Part shown: in pieces, positions 20,204 to 30,609 of the stretch
How positions within the stretch are numbered: the first letter of the stretch is position 1
Layout: each line of letters begins with the position of its first letter
From: an uncultured Clostridium sp.
GTDB lineage: Bacteria > Bacillota > Clostridia > TANB77 > CAG-465
Direction: 5' to 3'
Assembly (NCBI GenBank): GCA_964481385.1
Contig: CAYZTN010000001.1
Span: forward strand, 255 to 64,254
Length of the DNA: 64,000 nucleotides
Position numbers and translations under genes: made by a program
The notes under the pieces: generated by a model
What the model was told of the DNA's origin: nothing
The model's input: the letters and a program-made list of their open reading frames with translations, nothing else
Databases searched by the model: none

Positions 20204-20659
20204 ATGGTCTGGCTTGAACAGTTCACCAAAACTTATCCAAATTTTAATGACTCAACTTGGCTGTATTGTCCAGAAAAAATTAGTGAAGAAGATTACGATA
20301 ACGTAACCAAACTTAGCTCTCTATTCGAAGCGTTAGAACGCTATGCTGGTGCGAACTATATTTCGGCTGGCAAATCTGAATTTGGAGCATTTTATACTAT
20401 TGCTTTTAATAATGCAGCTTACAAAATAGGAGTGGCTGTCGGGCAAGGAACAATATTTTATTGCGAACGCTTGAAAAACTCTCTCCAAGCTATTAGCTTT
20501 GATGATATTTCCCAAAACAAACGCCCATCAAATGTCTGTGAAATTGACGCCATTTTTAACATTGTTTATCAAGATTTGTCTCGTCTAAATACCGAATTTT
20601 CTATCCCTTGGGATACCATTTTGAACAAAATATCCGAAATTATTAAAAAAAATAGTTAA
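20204..20659 (+). CDS. Hypothetical protein (5' end probably disrupted or mis-phased)
   Basis: 151 aa with no RBS at 20204. The frame stays open upstream as ...NDLTFLEWYVKKEQETKTILLNDSY. A perfect RBS plus ATG at 20118 is out of frame by one base across an A6 run. Confidence 0.5.
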   Translation: MVWLEQFTKTYPNFNDSTWLYCPEKISEEDYDNVTKLSSLFEALERYAGANYISAGKSEFGAFYTIAFNNAAYKIGVAVGQGTIFYCERLKNSLQAISFDDISQNKRPSNVCEIDAIFNIVYQDLSRLNTEFSIPWDTILNKISEIIKKNS

Positions 20660-20662
20660 AAT

Positions 20663-20701
20663 TAAATAGTGTCATTTGGGACGTTTTCAAATGACACTAT
20701 T
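20663..20701. repeat. Palindromic intergenic repeat, copy 1 (AAATAGTGTCATTTG-ggacgtttt-CAAATGACACTATTT)
   Basis: Perfect 15-bp inverted repeat around the GGACGTTT core, between convergent genes. Confidence 0.8.
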
Positions 20702-20749
20702 TAATTGTTTCTCAATTAAAAAGCGACCCCAATGGGTCATTTTTTATTT

Positions 20750-21199
20750 TTATTCTTCTTCAGCTTCATCTAATATTTTTATCTGTGCTTCCATCATAGA
20801 TTTTATCTTAATTTTATATATTTGAACTTGTTTTTTTAATTCTTCAAACTCAAGCTCTTTTTCCCTAATCTTTCCTTCATATTCTGCAATTTTGTTTTGG
20901 AAGTTAATCTCCTGACTAGCTTTAAGGTTGCTTGCCTCTTGAAGTGCTACTTCTTTTATTTTGTCTGCTTGCTCTTTAGCGTTAGATATTGTTTGTTCTA
21001 TTCCTTGTTCAAGAGACTTGTAATATCTAACTGATTCCTGCAAATTCTCGCATTTATCGTTTAACTCTGTGTTTTCTTTTGTCATTGCTTCATAATCTAC
21101 AATAAGTTTCTCTAAAAATTCCTCAACGTCTTTTATATCATATCCGCCTATTTTAGCTTTTTTAAACACTTTGTTTTCTATATCTTCTGGTGTTATCAT
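20750..21199 (-). CDS. divIVA: DivIVA-domain cell-division protein
   Basis: N-terminus MITPEDIENKVFKKAKIGGYDIKDVEEFLEKL is the DivIVA signature. Coiled-coil remainder. Confidence 0.85.
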   Translation of the reverse strand: MITPEDIENKVFKKAKIGGYDIKDVEEFLEKLIVDYEAMTKENTELNDKCENLQESVRYYKSLEQGIEQTISNAKEQADKIKEVALQEASNLKASQEINFQNKIAEYEGKIREKELEFEELKKQVQIYKIKIKSMMEAQIKILDEAEEE

Positions 21200-21265
21200 A
21201 TAAATACATCCTCCTTTAAAACATCAAAAGTGGCAATTCTTCCTCACTGCCACTTACTTTCAAAA

Positions 21266-21754
21266 CTATTTCATCCATGTAAATGGAAGTTTATTTCTAT
21301 ACTGCGCTCTTTCTATGTCATTTTGAATTTCTATCGTCTTTGGTGTTATTAAATATATCAAAGATGATATCTTTTGTACACTTCCGTCCAACACAAACGT
21401 TGCACCACTTATAAAGTCAACTATTCTTCTATGATCTTCTTTATTAACTGTCTCAAGATTTACTATCACAGATTTTTTGCTCTTTAAATGTTCACCAATC
21501 TCTTTGACATCGTCAAAACACGCCGGTTGAGTTATCACCATTTTAGAACCAGAAACACTACTACTCATAGGCAGTATCTTAGGCTGTTTTGATACAACCT
21601 CTTCTGATTTATCCATATTTCTACGAGCAAAGTACCCAGCTCTTGTAGGCTTTTCTGGTTCTTCTATAACCTCTTCTGTATCTTCATACTCTTCTTCATA
21701 TTCGTTATCATTTGTGCTCAAACCTAATAGTCCCATGCATTTATCTAATATCAT
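21266..21754 (-). CDS. sepF: Cell-division protein SepF
   Basis: 162 aa. Acidic N-terminus and conserved C-terminal domain SVIVNLETVNKEDHRRIVDFISGATFVLDGSVQKIS. Confidence 0.8.
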   Translation of the reverse strand: MILDKCMGLLGLSTNDNEYEEEYEDTEEVIEEPEKPTRAGYFARRNMDKSEEVVSKQPKILPMSSSVSGSKMVITQPACFDDVKEIGEHLKSKKSVIVNLETVNKEDHRRIVDFISGATFVLDGSVQKISSLIYLITPKTIEIQNDIERAQYRNKLPFTWMK

Positions 21755-21909
21755 GGTCAGTCCTCCTATACTCTCTTACAACGTAATAATACTATATAGT
21801 TATTTCAATTGCAAGAGTTTTTTGCATATTTTGTATATTTTTTAACAAAATTATCTTGAAGCTTTTATATTCTCTTACTTAAGGTTTATCATTATTTTAA
21901 CACTAAACT

Positions 21910-23973
21910 CTATTTTATGTAAAGCGCTGGACGAAAAACATAATAAGCTCTCACTTTATTCGCAGGCTGTTCAAGTCGAGATGATGCAGGAGAGTTCGCA
22001 CCATTTCGTCCTACATCACCACCTCGTATAACACGGTTCTCCGAAGTATATATCTCCATTGTCCACTCCCAGACATTACCAGCTAAATCATATATATTCT
22101 TTGCTTTCCAAGCTTCATTTTTCCCTGTTGTATAATCCATATTTGAACTTCCACTACCAGTAAAAGCAGTTCCTTGTGAATTACTGTAGTTTCCCCAATT
22201 GCGCGAATCTTCTATGCTAGTTTCCGCATCAGATACAAAATTCATTATAGCATCCCACTGTACTCCATAACATAATGTTGATACCACAGATTTATGATTT
22301 TTGTACATATTCTGTGACAAATATACTGCGCCTTTTGTACCTTTTTCTGCCATTGACTCTCCCCAACTAACATAGTTATATACATATACATTCTTTTTGC
22401 TTACTACTGTGTGAGCTTCTGTTTCCCCGGTTCTTGGCTTAGTTGCCGTAGCATCTCCAGCCTCAAAACGTGCTATATAGAACCCTTTATATTTTCTTAC
22501 TGATGCGCACATTTTATTATATTCTTCTATTTCCCATTCACTTGACTCATATGGCTCTTTAAAATTATCATCTAATTTACCCGTCATTTTGTATATCTTA
22601 GAACCACTATAAGTCTCTGTTGCTATTCCTCTTACAAATTTAGTATAATCTTCTACCGGCACCCATACAAACTGGTTACCTATACATATGTCGTCCTCGC
22701 CAACGCCTCTATTTGCATCTTCTTGATTATCTGAAATAACCAACCCTGTACTTTTTAAGCCACCAACATAATAGAAGCCCTCTGGTACCATGCTTGTATT
22801 TATACTTTTTTTACATATTATTTCAATATTACTTGTTACATTATCTATATTGACTATGTCGGTTTCTTTGTTATATGCTGATTTTGTTATATCTAAATTA
22901 TTCATTATGACTGAAACAGACTCAAACACATAATCGTCGCTCAAGTTAAGCTTTGTTTCATAACTTTTTCCGTATTGTATATTCATAGCAACGTTAGAAG
23001 CAGTTGCTCCATCAAGGTCGTATGTTATGCTATACACATTTGCTGTTGCACTAGCTGTAATTATTACATCTCCTGTTACGCTTAATATATTGATCTCTCT
23101 TGTTGCTTCATTGTATACAGTAGCTGTTACATCTACCCCTGCCATTGTTACTTCTACGCTTGTTAACGTGTGACCTATTTTTGCCGTAAGTGTTGTTGTG
23201 TAACTTGTCCCCCATTTTAATGTATATGCTGTATTTGAACTTACTACTTCTGTTAAGCTTGGAGTTATTGTATATGTATTTGCTTCTGTTGTTGCTGTTA
23301 TTATTACATCGTCTGTTACTTTGTCTATTGTTATTGTTTTATTTGAGTCGTTATATGCTAAATCTGTTATATTTACTCCACCCATTACTACTATTACTTT
23401 TTGTAATGTATATCCTGCATCTACGGTTAATGTTGCTGTATATCTTGAATCATTTGCTATTGTTGTGGCCACGTTGTTTGTTGTACAATGAACCAATCTG
23501 TTTCTTATTTTTATCTCATCTGGTATCATTCCTAAACTTTCTATTATTTCTAGTTCACTTTCGTTTTCTGTTATATAAACCAGTTTTCCTTTTATTATTC
23601 TTAATCCTTCTTTATATTTATCTGGCACACTACCAAATATATCTAAATACGCGGCATCCTTGTATGTCATATTAAGCTTCGTTTCATCAAATGCTCTGTC
23701 TTGTAATATTCTGTTCGCTAAATATATGTCGTATATTTGACTGTATGTAGACATATTTAGCTTAAATACTGTCTTTTGAGTTTCACTTATCATATTTGTA
23801 GTACTTAAACTTATTACTACTGTTGTAGCAAGTATACTTAAAACAAGTATTGTTATTACAAGTACTACGATAGTTATTCCGTTTTTTCTATTTACGTTTT
23901 GTGGAACAAATAAATCAAACTTTCTATTGCTTGTGGGAATACTATTTAGAAGGCTTTTTTGCCCCCCCCCCAT
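21910..23973 (-). CDS. Large pilin-like protein: prepilin-type N-terminus + 3 tandem ~75-aa Thr-rich repeats + C-terminal FGE-sulfatase (SUMF1/DUF323) lectin-fold domain
   Basis: N-terminus ...RKNG|ITIVVLVITILVLSILATTVVISL. Repeats (YT..L....GYTL..V.V.M.GV..T...YN...) at aa ~175-400. C-terminus carries GNVWEWT, RVIRGG, YVSWGE, LCYGVQWDAIMNF, the FGE-domain hallmarks. Confidence 0.6.
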   Translation of the reverse strand: MGGGQKSLLNSIPTSNRKFDLFVPQNVNRKNGITIVVLVITILVLSILATTVVISLSTTNMISETQKTVFKLNMSTYSQIYDIYLANRILQDRAFDETKLNMTYKDAAYLDIFGSVPDKYKEGLRIIKGKLVYITENESELEIIESLGMIPDEIKIRNRLVHCTTNNVATTIANDSRYTATLTVDAGYTLQKVIVVMGGVNITDLAYNDSNKTITIDKVTDDVIITATTEANTYTITPSLTEVVSSNTAYTLKWGTSYTTTLTAKIGHTLTSVEVTMAGVDVTATVYNEATREINILSVTGDVIITASATANVYSITYDLDGATASNVAMNIQYGKSYETKLNLSDDYVFESVSVIMNNLDITKSAYNKETDIVNIDNVTSNIEIICKKSINTSMVPEGFYYVGGLKSTGLVISDNQEDANRGVGEDDICIGNQFVWVPVEDYTKFVRGIATETYSGSKIYKMTGKLDDNFKEPYESSEWEIEEYNKMCASVRKYKGFYIARFEAGDATATKPRTGETEAHTVVSKKNVYVYNYVSWGESMAEKGTKGAVYLSQNMYKNHKSVVSTLCYGVQWDAIMNFVSDAETSIEDSRNWGNYSNSQGTAFTGSGSSNMDYTTGKNEAWKAKNIYDLAGNVWEWTMEIYTSENRVIRGGDVGRNGANSPASSRLEQPANKVRAYYVFRPALYIK
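22780..23470 (-). repeat. Three tandem ~225-bp coding repeats inside the FGE-pilin gene
   Basis: Visible in the DNA and in the protein (TYTITPSLTEVVSSNTAYTLKWGTSYTTTLTAKIGHTLTSVEVTMAGVDVTATVYN and its variants). Confidence 0.6.
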
Positions 23974-24037
23974 TTACATATTTTTCCATAAGATGTTATC
24001 ACTCCCCTTTATTTTGCTAGTTTAATACCGAAGTCTA

Positions 24038-24460
24038 TTATCTATGATATATAACTCCATCATATTCTATACCTTTTAAGTAATACACATTGTTTGTATT
24101 TTCACAAATCACAAACACATCGCCATCGTTTACTGTTCCTCTACCTATATCCACAGTTGTATCTAACTTTTTTAAATCTACTACCATAAGCATATTATCA
24201 GTATCACCATTATATGCTAGTTCTGCACTAAAATTAGCATCCAAAGTATTTTTACCAACCACTTCCCCTGTTACAGGTAACGTTTTTTTTGTAGTTATAT
24301 ATTCTAAAGTTAAATCAGAAACTTTATCCACCTTACCTTTAAACGTCTCATAATTTGCTCTAGAAATACTTTTTACCCCAACCACACTTACTGTACTTAT
24401 TACAATAATCATTACGCTTACAACTACAATCAATAATGAAATCGTTATTCCTCTTTTCAT
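24038..24460 (-). CDS. Pilin-like protein (MKRG|ITISLLIVVVSVMIIVISTV)
   Basis: 140 aa. Same KRGIT/KKGIS N-terminal architecture. Directly upstream of the FGE-pilin. Confidence 0.45.
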   Translation of the reverse strand: MKRGITISLLIVVVSVMIIVISTVSVVGVKSISRANYETFKGKVDKVSDLTLEYITTKKTLPVTGEVVGKNTLDANFSAELAYNGDTDNMLMVVDLKKLDTTVDIGRGTVNDGDVFVICENTNNVYYLKGIEYDGVIYHR

Positions 24461-24470
24461 ACTTCCTCCT

Positions 24471-25688
24471 CTATTTTATAACAATGGTATCATATATTTT
24501 TAATTGATACTCTGTAGTTATGTTTTTTTCTTTCAATTCGTCATCACTTAAATTCTCAACAATTGAATTTAATCCATTACTTCTTGTAACTTTTACAGGT
24601 ACTTCTACATTTTTACCATATTTTAATATATTAACATAAGATACATCATTTCTCTCATATACTGCAGCGACTGGTACATATAGTCCAGTGTTTGTCCACC
24701 ACACAATTTCTAATTCTGTATTCCTAAATAAAGCCACTTGCTCTATACCATTTTCAACTTCAAATACTACATCCAAAGTGTTTTTCTCCTTATCTATATA
24801 ATATGAAACAAGCTTTGCTTTTAGTGTGTTTTGACTATCCCCTACCACTCTTAATTTATAGTTTGAGCCAATTTTCAAATACTCTTCATTTATAATTTCC
24901 GTTCTAGAATATATACAACAATAAAAATTATCTATAACTTTTATATTACTCTCAGTTACCTTTTTGCTTGCTAATTCTTTTATTCTATCAAACGTAATAT
25001 TTGTTATATCATTTGCTATAAGGCTTTTTTCTAAACCGTCTGTTGTATACGCAACTATCCCTTGTGCTGTTGCCACAACATTGTCACTAGAATTTTTCAT
25101 GTTCTCTTCGAACTTATTTCTCTCGTTAATAAGTTTTACAATTTCTTGACCAGAAGGACTAAGCTCAGATACTACAATTGCTCTTCTATTTATTAGTTCG
25201 TTTATATCATTTATATGATTTTGCATTTCAACATATGATGTTGTGCCTATCGCACTTTTTAGTTCTGCTCTAATTTGATTTTCAACCGACTCAATTTCAC
25301 TTGAATATACCACTGGTAAATTTTGCATAAGGCTTAATATTTCTGTATCCATCTCTTCTAGTTTTTCCAACTTTTTATCGTACTCAGCGTTTTTATATGT
25401 TGCAATTATTCCACCTTTAGCTGTTTTCTTACCTTCTGCTATGACTGGCACTAAACTTTTTGTGGTATCTCGTTCGATTATAGTTTCGTTTTTTATTATG
25501 TAAGACTCAGCAAGCGAACTAAATTCCAAAGTGCCTTTTTCAACCAAATAAGTTGTTTCACTATTTCTAACTATATTTGTAAATGTAATAATTAAAGCGA
25601 AAAATGCAATTATTACGATTATATACACAAACATCTTGTTCTTTGTACCATCTAAATCTAAATCAAACTTTTTAAGTTTTATTTTCAT
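24471..25688 (-). CDS. HlyD-like membrane-fusion / periplasmic adaptor family protein
   Basis: 405 aa. Short cytoplasmic N-terminus, one TM, a lipoyl-like segment (VPVIAEGKKTAKGGIIATY), a long coiled coil and a C-terminal beta-domain (GLYVPVAAVYERNDVSYVNIL...VEVPVKV). RBS AAAGGAG. No ABC transporter nearby. Confidence 0.45.
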   Translation of the reverse strand: MKIKLKKFDLDLDGTKNKMFVYIIVIIAFFALIITFTNIVRNSETTYLVEKGTLEFSSLAESYIIKNETIIERDTTKSLVPVIAEGKKTAKGGIIATYKNAEYDKKLEKLEEMDTEILSLMQNLPVVYSSEIESVENQIRAELKSAIGTTSYVEMQNHINDINELINRRAIVVSELSPSGQEIVKLINERNKFEENMKNSSDNVVATAQGIVAYTTDGLEKSLIANDITNITFDRIKELASKKVTESNIKVIDNFYCCIYSRTEIINEEYLKIGSNYKLRVVGDSQNTLKAKLVSYYIDKEKNTLDVVFEVENGIEQVALFRNTELEIVWWTNTGLYVPVAAVYERNDVSYVNILKYGKNVEVPVKVTRSNGLNSIVENLSDDELKEKNITTEYQLKIYDTIVIK

Positions 25689-26604
25689 AATACTCCTTTA
25701 TAATTTCAACGAGTTCGCGTTTAGGAAGTGTTCCGTCTACTACGATTTTATTCTCTAGCTTTTTGAACCAAGTAATTTGCCTTTTTGCATAGTGTCTTGT
25801 GTTAACTTTTAATATATCCACACATTCTTCAAGCGTTTTAGTTCCTTTAAAATAATCAAAAAACTCTTTGTATCCTATTGCTTGAGTTGCTGTGAAACTT
25901 TCTTTGCTCTGCATGTTATATAGCATTTTTGCTTCTTCTAGTACACCCTCTTCGACCATTTCGTCTACTCTTTTTTCTATTTTATCATATAACAAACTTC
26001 GTGGCATATCAATATATATTGTAATAAATTCGTAAGGGCTATCCGCTTTTTTCCACAAATTGTTTTCTGAACTATCCAAAGACTTTCCTTGCATTGCTAA
26101 GTACAATGCTCTTTCTACCCTACGTCTATTTTGTTTATCTACCACCTCTGCTCTTTTTATATCCAAACTTTGCAAAAGCAGAAAAAGCTCCTCTGTTGTT
26201 TTGGTCTTGCTAAGTTCATTAAACTTATCTTTTAATTTAGTATCAACTTCGTCAGTTGTAGGAAAGTCAACGTTATTTACCACCGCATTTATGTACAGTC
26301 CTGTACCTCCAACAATTATTGGCACTTTTCCTTTAGCTAGCACTTCTTCTATCTTCTCATAACACGCTTCTTTATATGTTTTTGCGTCATACTTTTCAGA
26401 AATGTCACAAATATCTATCATGTAGTGAGGTGTTCGTTTCATTTCTTCTTTTGTTGCTTTAGCAGTTCCTATATCAAGCTTTCTATATATCTGCATTGAA
26501 TCTGCAGATATAATAGCACCATTTAAAACATCTGCTACAGCCAGTCCTAAGCTACTTTTTCCAGAAGCTGTCGGCCCTATAATTACAATTACTTTCTTTT
26601 TCAT
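25672..26604 (-). CDS. miaA: tRNA dimethylallyltransferase
   Basis: 310 aa. P-loop IIGPTASGKS, and DSMQIY. Confidence 0.9.
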   Translation of the reverse strand: MKKKVIVIIGPTASGKSSLGLAVADVLNGAIISADSMQIYRKLDIGTAKATKEEMKRTPHYMIDICDISEKYDAKTYKEACYEKIEEVLAKGKVPIIVGGTGLYINAVVNNVDFPTTDEVDTKLKDKFNELSKTKTTEELFLLLQSLDIKRAEVVDKQNRRRVERALYLAMQGKSLDSSENNLWKKADSPYEFITIYIDMPRSLLYDKIEKRVDEMVEEGVLEEAKMLYNMQSKESFTATQAIGYKEFFDYFKGTKTLEECVDILKVNTRHYAKRQITWFKKLENKIVVDGTLPKRELVEIIKEYYENKT

Positions 26605-28517
26605 TATTTACGTGCAAATCGCCTTTCTATTTCATATTTAGATATTTCATATGCAGTAGGACGTCCATGCGGACATGTAAATGGTCTATCTAATTTTACC
26701 ATTTCATCCAAAAGTGCAATATGTTCCTCACGAGTTAATTTCATATTTCCTTTTACTGCAGCTTTACAAGCCATAGTATATACAAATCTTTTTTCTTTTT
26801 CTTCCGTTGTAGTTTTTGTACTGCCATTTAACTCGTCTAGCAAATCTGTAAACATTTCTTGGTAATCTACTTCAAACCTTACATTAGGAATACCAGCAAT
26901 TTTTACTGCATTATCTCCAAAATCTTCTATTACAAAACCAGCTTTTTCAAACATTTCCATGTTTTCATTTAAAAGCTCTTTTTCGCTATTTTTAAGTTCT
27001 ACTACTTCTGGAATTATTAACATCTGAGTTTCTTTTTCCTTAGCATAATATCTCGTCTTTATCTGTTCATACAAAAGTCTTTCATGTGCTGCGTGTTGGT
27101 CAATAATATATAACTTATCATTTATCTCTATTAGTATATAGGTATCAAAAAGTCCACCGATATATTTATATTTTACAGTAGTATCATATTTTGCCACTTC
27201 TTCTCTGGCCTGAATAATTTGGGCATCAGACAATTCTTGTTCAGCATTTTTTATTAAACTCTCACTTACAATATCTTTTATTTCAATTTCAGATTCATTT
27301 TTCGTATAATATACGGGTTTAAATGCATTTACTTGTGAAAGTTCAGGTGTACTACTTGCCTCTTGAATAGTTTCTAAAGGCATCTTTACGCTTTCGCTAT
27401 CATTCCCAATTAGACTTTCAGCTTGTTTTCTCGTATCTTCTTTCTTGTATTCAAAAGCTGTTACACTACTTGGTACATACTCCTCACACTCTTCTGAAAG
27501 ATTTTGAGCAAATGGACTTGTGCTTCTATGATAAGCTAATATAGCTGACTTAATAGCATAATATACTGCATCAAAAATCTTAGTTTCATTTTCAAATTTT
27601 ACTTCTAACTTTGCTGGGTGTACATTCACGTCAACTAAACTTGGGTTCATATCTACATTTATTACTGCAAAAGGAAATTTACCAATATTCAAATTTTGCT
27701 CAAAAGCACGTTCAATTGCAGCTGTTATAGTTTTGTCTTTAACAAATCTTGTATTTATATATGTGAATTCGTGTTGTCTTGAAGAACGTGACACTTTTGG
27801 ACTTCCAACAACGCCAGTAACTTTTATACCATCTTGTTCGTAAGACACACTTTGAAGCTCTTCATATATTTCTTTTCCAAATATGTTATATACAACAGTT
27901 TCTACCTTTCCATCTCCAGTTGTATTTAATACTCTTTTTCCATTAGACACAAATTTAAAAGCAACGCCTGGATTAGACAAGCTTAAGCGTGTCATTACAT
28001 CTTCAATATATCCCGCTTCCGTGGAATCTTTTTTTAAAAACTTAAAACGTGCTGGCACGTTATAGAAGACATTTTCTACCGTTATGCTTGTACCTTTGTT
28101 CCATGCAATTTCTTCAAACTCTTTTTCATTTCCGCCTTCTATTACATACTTGGTACCTGTATATTCGTCCGCTTTCTTTGTATCTAACGTAACTTTTGCT
28201 ATACTTGCAACAGACGCCAAAGCTTCTCCTCTAAATCCCATAGATGTTATATTTAAAATATCAGTTTCTTTTCTAATTTTACTTGTGGCATGTCTCTCAA
28301 AAGCAAGTTTTACATCATCACGAGCAATACCTGAACCATTATCTGTTATGTTTATGTAACTTATACCACCGTTTCTAATTTCTACACTAACTTGAGTTGC
28401 TCCTGCATCTATTGAGTTTTCCACTAATTCCTTTACAATAGAGGCTGGTCTATCCACAACTTCCCCAGCTGCAATTTTGTTTATTGTTATTTCGTCAAGT
28501 ATTGCTATTTGTCCCAT
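26604..28517 (-). CDS. mutL: DNA mismatch repair protein MutL
   Basis: 637 aa. GHKL ATPase N-terminus (ELVENSIDAGAT), C-terminal dimerisation domain. Confidence 0.95.
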   Translation of the reverse strand: MGQIAILDEITINKIAAGEVVDRPASIVKELVENSIDAGATQVSVEIRNGGISYINITDNGSGIARDDVKLAFERHATSKIRKETDILNITSMGFRGEALASVASIAKVTLDTKKADEYTGTKYVIEGGNEKEFEEIAWNKGTSITVENVFYNVPARFKFLKKDSTEAGYIEDVMTRLSLSNPGVAFKFVSNGKRVLNTTGDGKVETVVYNIFGKEIYEELQSVSYEQDGIKVTGVVGSPKVSRSSRQHEFTYINTRFVKDKTITAAIERAFEQNLNIGKFPFAVINVDMNPSLVDVNVHPAKLEVKFENETKIFDAVYYAIKSAILAYHRSTSPFAQNLSEECEEYVPSSVTAFEYKKEDTRKQAESLIGNDSESVKMPLETIQEASSTPELSQVNAFKPVYYTKNESEIEIKDIVSESLIKNAEQELSDAQIIQAREEVAKYDTTVKYKYIGGLFDTYILIEINDKLYIIDQHAAHERLLYEQIKTRYYAKEKETQMLIIPEVVELKNSEKELLNENMEMFEKAGFVIEDFGDNAVKIAGIPNVRFEVDYQEMFTDLLDELNGSTKTTTEEKEKRFVYTMACKAAVKGNMKLTREEHIALLDEMVKLDRPFTCPHGRPTAYEISKYEIERRFARK

Positions 28518-28670
28518 TTCTATACCCCATTTCTGCTGTTATTATACTATAATTTTTTTATTAATAAAAGGGGAAATGGAAAAATATTAAATAGAAAAAA
28601 CAAGGCCATCATAAAGTAAATACTTAATGATGATAGTCTTGCTTCTATTCAATATTTATTAACAATGTAT

Positions 28671-29447
28671 TTATCCATAAATCATTTGTTTATATTGTTC
28701 TGCTATTTGCTCCTCTACACATGCAATTTGCCTTCTCACACCTTTTAAAGTAACACAAACATCTAAAATTTTAGAATTATTTTTAGTTTCGATATTCTTT
28801 GTAAATTCACTCTCATAATTCTCTAAAAACTTTTTAAATTTATTTTTTCCAGACATCTTATTGGAGATTATTCTTCTAATTTTGGTAAATATGTCTTCTT
28901 TATATACTTGCAATTGAGACGAACTAATTACAAAAACAGTATCTATATCTGCTCGTACGCTTTCTATACACCAATTAATTCGTGCTTTGCATTCTTCTAC
29001 AATAACAGATAAATTTAATTTTTTCTGAGCACAAGCCATGATTTTATTTTGTATATTAAGTCTCTCTTCACTATCAAGCTCATCATTTTGCAAACTTTGT
29101 ACTAATCTGATCATATCCGCTATAACAAGTTTTTGAGTGTTCATCGTGTCTTGCATCATTTTAAATATGCTAACATACGTATTGTTATATGCGGTTATTA
29201 GCTTCTCCATCTGCAACTTATACACATCTACTTTATCTTCTATTTCGAACTCACACTTTTCTGTTTTTTGATTATACAATTTAGCCTGACGTTCAAAATA
29301 GTCTCTTAGCTCATCAATTTTTCTCTCTTTTACTTCCTGAATGCTTTTTTCGTACATTGCTAATTGCACCTTAGAAATCTGTCTTTCTATATTATCTAGA
29401 TTTTGTATATTCTGATTTAAATCTTCAAATAATTGAACTTTATCCAT
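28671..29447 (-). CDS. Hypothetical coiled-coil protein
   Basis: 258 aa, predicted mostly helical. No recognisable motif. Confidence 0.4.
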   Translation of the reverse strand: MDKVQLFEDLNQNIQNLDNIERQISKVQLAMYEKSIQEVKERKIDELRDYFERQAKLYNQKTEKCEFEIEDKVDVYKLQMEKLITAYNNTYVSIFKMMQDTMNTQKLVIADMIRLVQSLQNDELDSEERLNIQNKIMACAQKKLNLSVIVEECKARINWCIESVRADIDTVFVISSSQLQVYKEDIFTKIRRIISNKMSGKNKFKKFLENYESEFTKNIETKNNSKILDVCVTLKGVRRQIACVEEQIAEQYKQMIYG

Positions 29448-29462
29448 AGTTTTCTCCTATAA

Positions 29463-29879
29463 TTATCTAAAAAAGTTATCTACTCCTCGCTGATATTTTT
29501 CTCCTAATTTTCTTGTCCCCTTGTCGATAGCGCCTAGCAGTGGGTTCCCTATTACATTCATAACACCTCTAGTTACACAGCTACCCTTATCCAATATTTC
29601 GTTTATTTCAGCCATCATTCCCTTGTTTTTACCTAACGCTTGATCCATGCCATACTTTAACAAAGCTCCGCTCAGTGCTGCAACACCTACGCTTGGAATC
29701 GCTACAGACGCTGCTAGCAATGCGATTTTCTGAACCTCAGGATTGTTAGCTACCTTTTTTACAGTTTTTACTGCAGTATGTCCTAGCATTTCAGTTCCTT
29801 TTCCCAAGCCTTTCAATGTATATTTCCCTGCCTTCTTTCCTGCGTTTTTAATAAATCCTGTTATTTTTTGTTTATTCAT
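29463..29879 (-). CDS. Hypothetical Lys/Gly-rich amphipathic protein with a central hydrophobic helix
   Basis: 138 aa. KNAGKKAGKYTLKGLGKG...IALLAASVAIPSVGVAALSGALL. Confidence 0.35.
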   Translation of the reverse strand: MNKQKITGFIKNAGKKAGKYTLKGLGKGTEMLGHTAVKTVKKVANNPEVQKIALLAASVAIPSVGVAALSGALLKYGMDQALGKNKGMMAEINEILDKGSCVTRGVMNVIGNPLLGAIDKGTRKLGEKYQRGVDNFFR

Positions 29880-29899
29880 AATAATAGATCCCCTTATCC

Positions 29900-30070
29900 T
29901 TATTGTTCTATTAATTGTGACAAATACTCATTTTGCTGGGTTATAAGTTGTACACGCTTTTTCTCCAACTTTTCCAAATATTTATCAAAATCAGAAGTTT
30001 TAATTTTATCAATTTCAATACACATACCATCAATATTTATATTGCCGTATTTACTTTCTAAGTTAAACAT
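29900..30070 (-). CDS. Small hypothetical protein (56 aa)
   Basis: MFNLESKYGNINIDGMCIEID... with RBS GGGGGAAAG 7 nt upstream. Under the ORF-track size cutoff. Confidence 0.25.
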   Translation of the reverse strand: MFNLESKYGNINIDGMCIEIDKIKTSDFDKYLEKLEKKRVQLITQQNEYLSQLIEQ

Positions 30071-30545
30071 TTAACTTTCCCCCAGACATTTTCGAATGAC
30101 AAAACATATAATTTCTTACATGCTTTATAAAATTCTAATACTTCCGTATCACTTACTCATATTATATTATGTTTTTTTACTTTTTCAATATGCAAGTAAA
30201 ATTTTTCAAAAATTTTTCAAAAACTTAACTTTACCAATTTTTGTCATTTTGTTCTGACAGAAAAGCCAAATTTTATGTATTTATTATACTCAAAACGTCA
30301 AAATAGATACTAAGCTTAAACTGTTTACTGTTTCTGATATATACTTTAACACGTTAAAACATCTCAGTCAACAACAATCGTGTGACCATATTCGACAAAA
30401 ATTCTTGACCCTAACTTAAGCTTCCTGTTATTAAATAACTATATCGTGTAAATATACAAAAAACATTTTTATATTTTATCCATCCTCACACTTAATGTTT
30501 TTACATAGAAAGCAAGTTTATTTGTGCATTTTTAAAAAATACTGA

Positions 30546-30586
30546 ACGAAAAAAGCAAGATATACAATTTCTCTGTAATCTTGCTT
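30546..30586 (-). terminator. Rho-independent terminator of the DUF2207 locus
   Basis: AAGCAAGAT-N16-ATCTTGCTT followed by a U-run on the minus strand. Confidence 0.6.
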
Positions 30587-30609
30587 TATGCTCATTATAT
30601 TTGCTAGTT

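Noticed and set aside
23190-23675. Plus-strand 161-aa Leu-rich ORF
   Set aside because: Antisense to the tandem-repeat region of the FGE-pilin gene.
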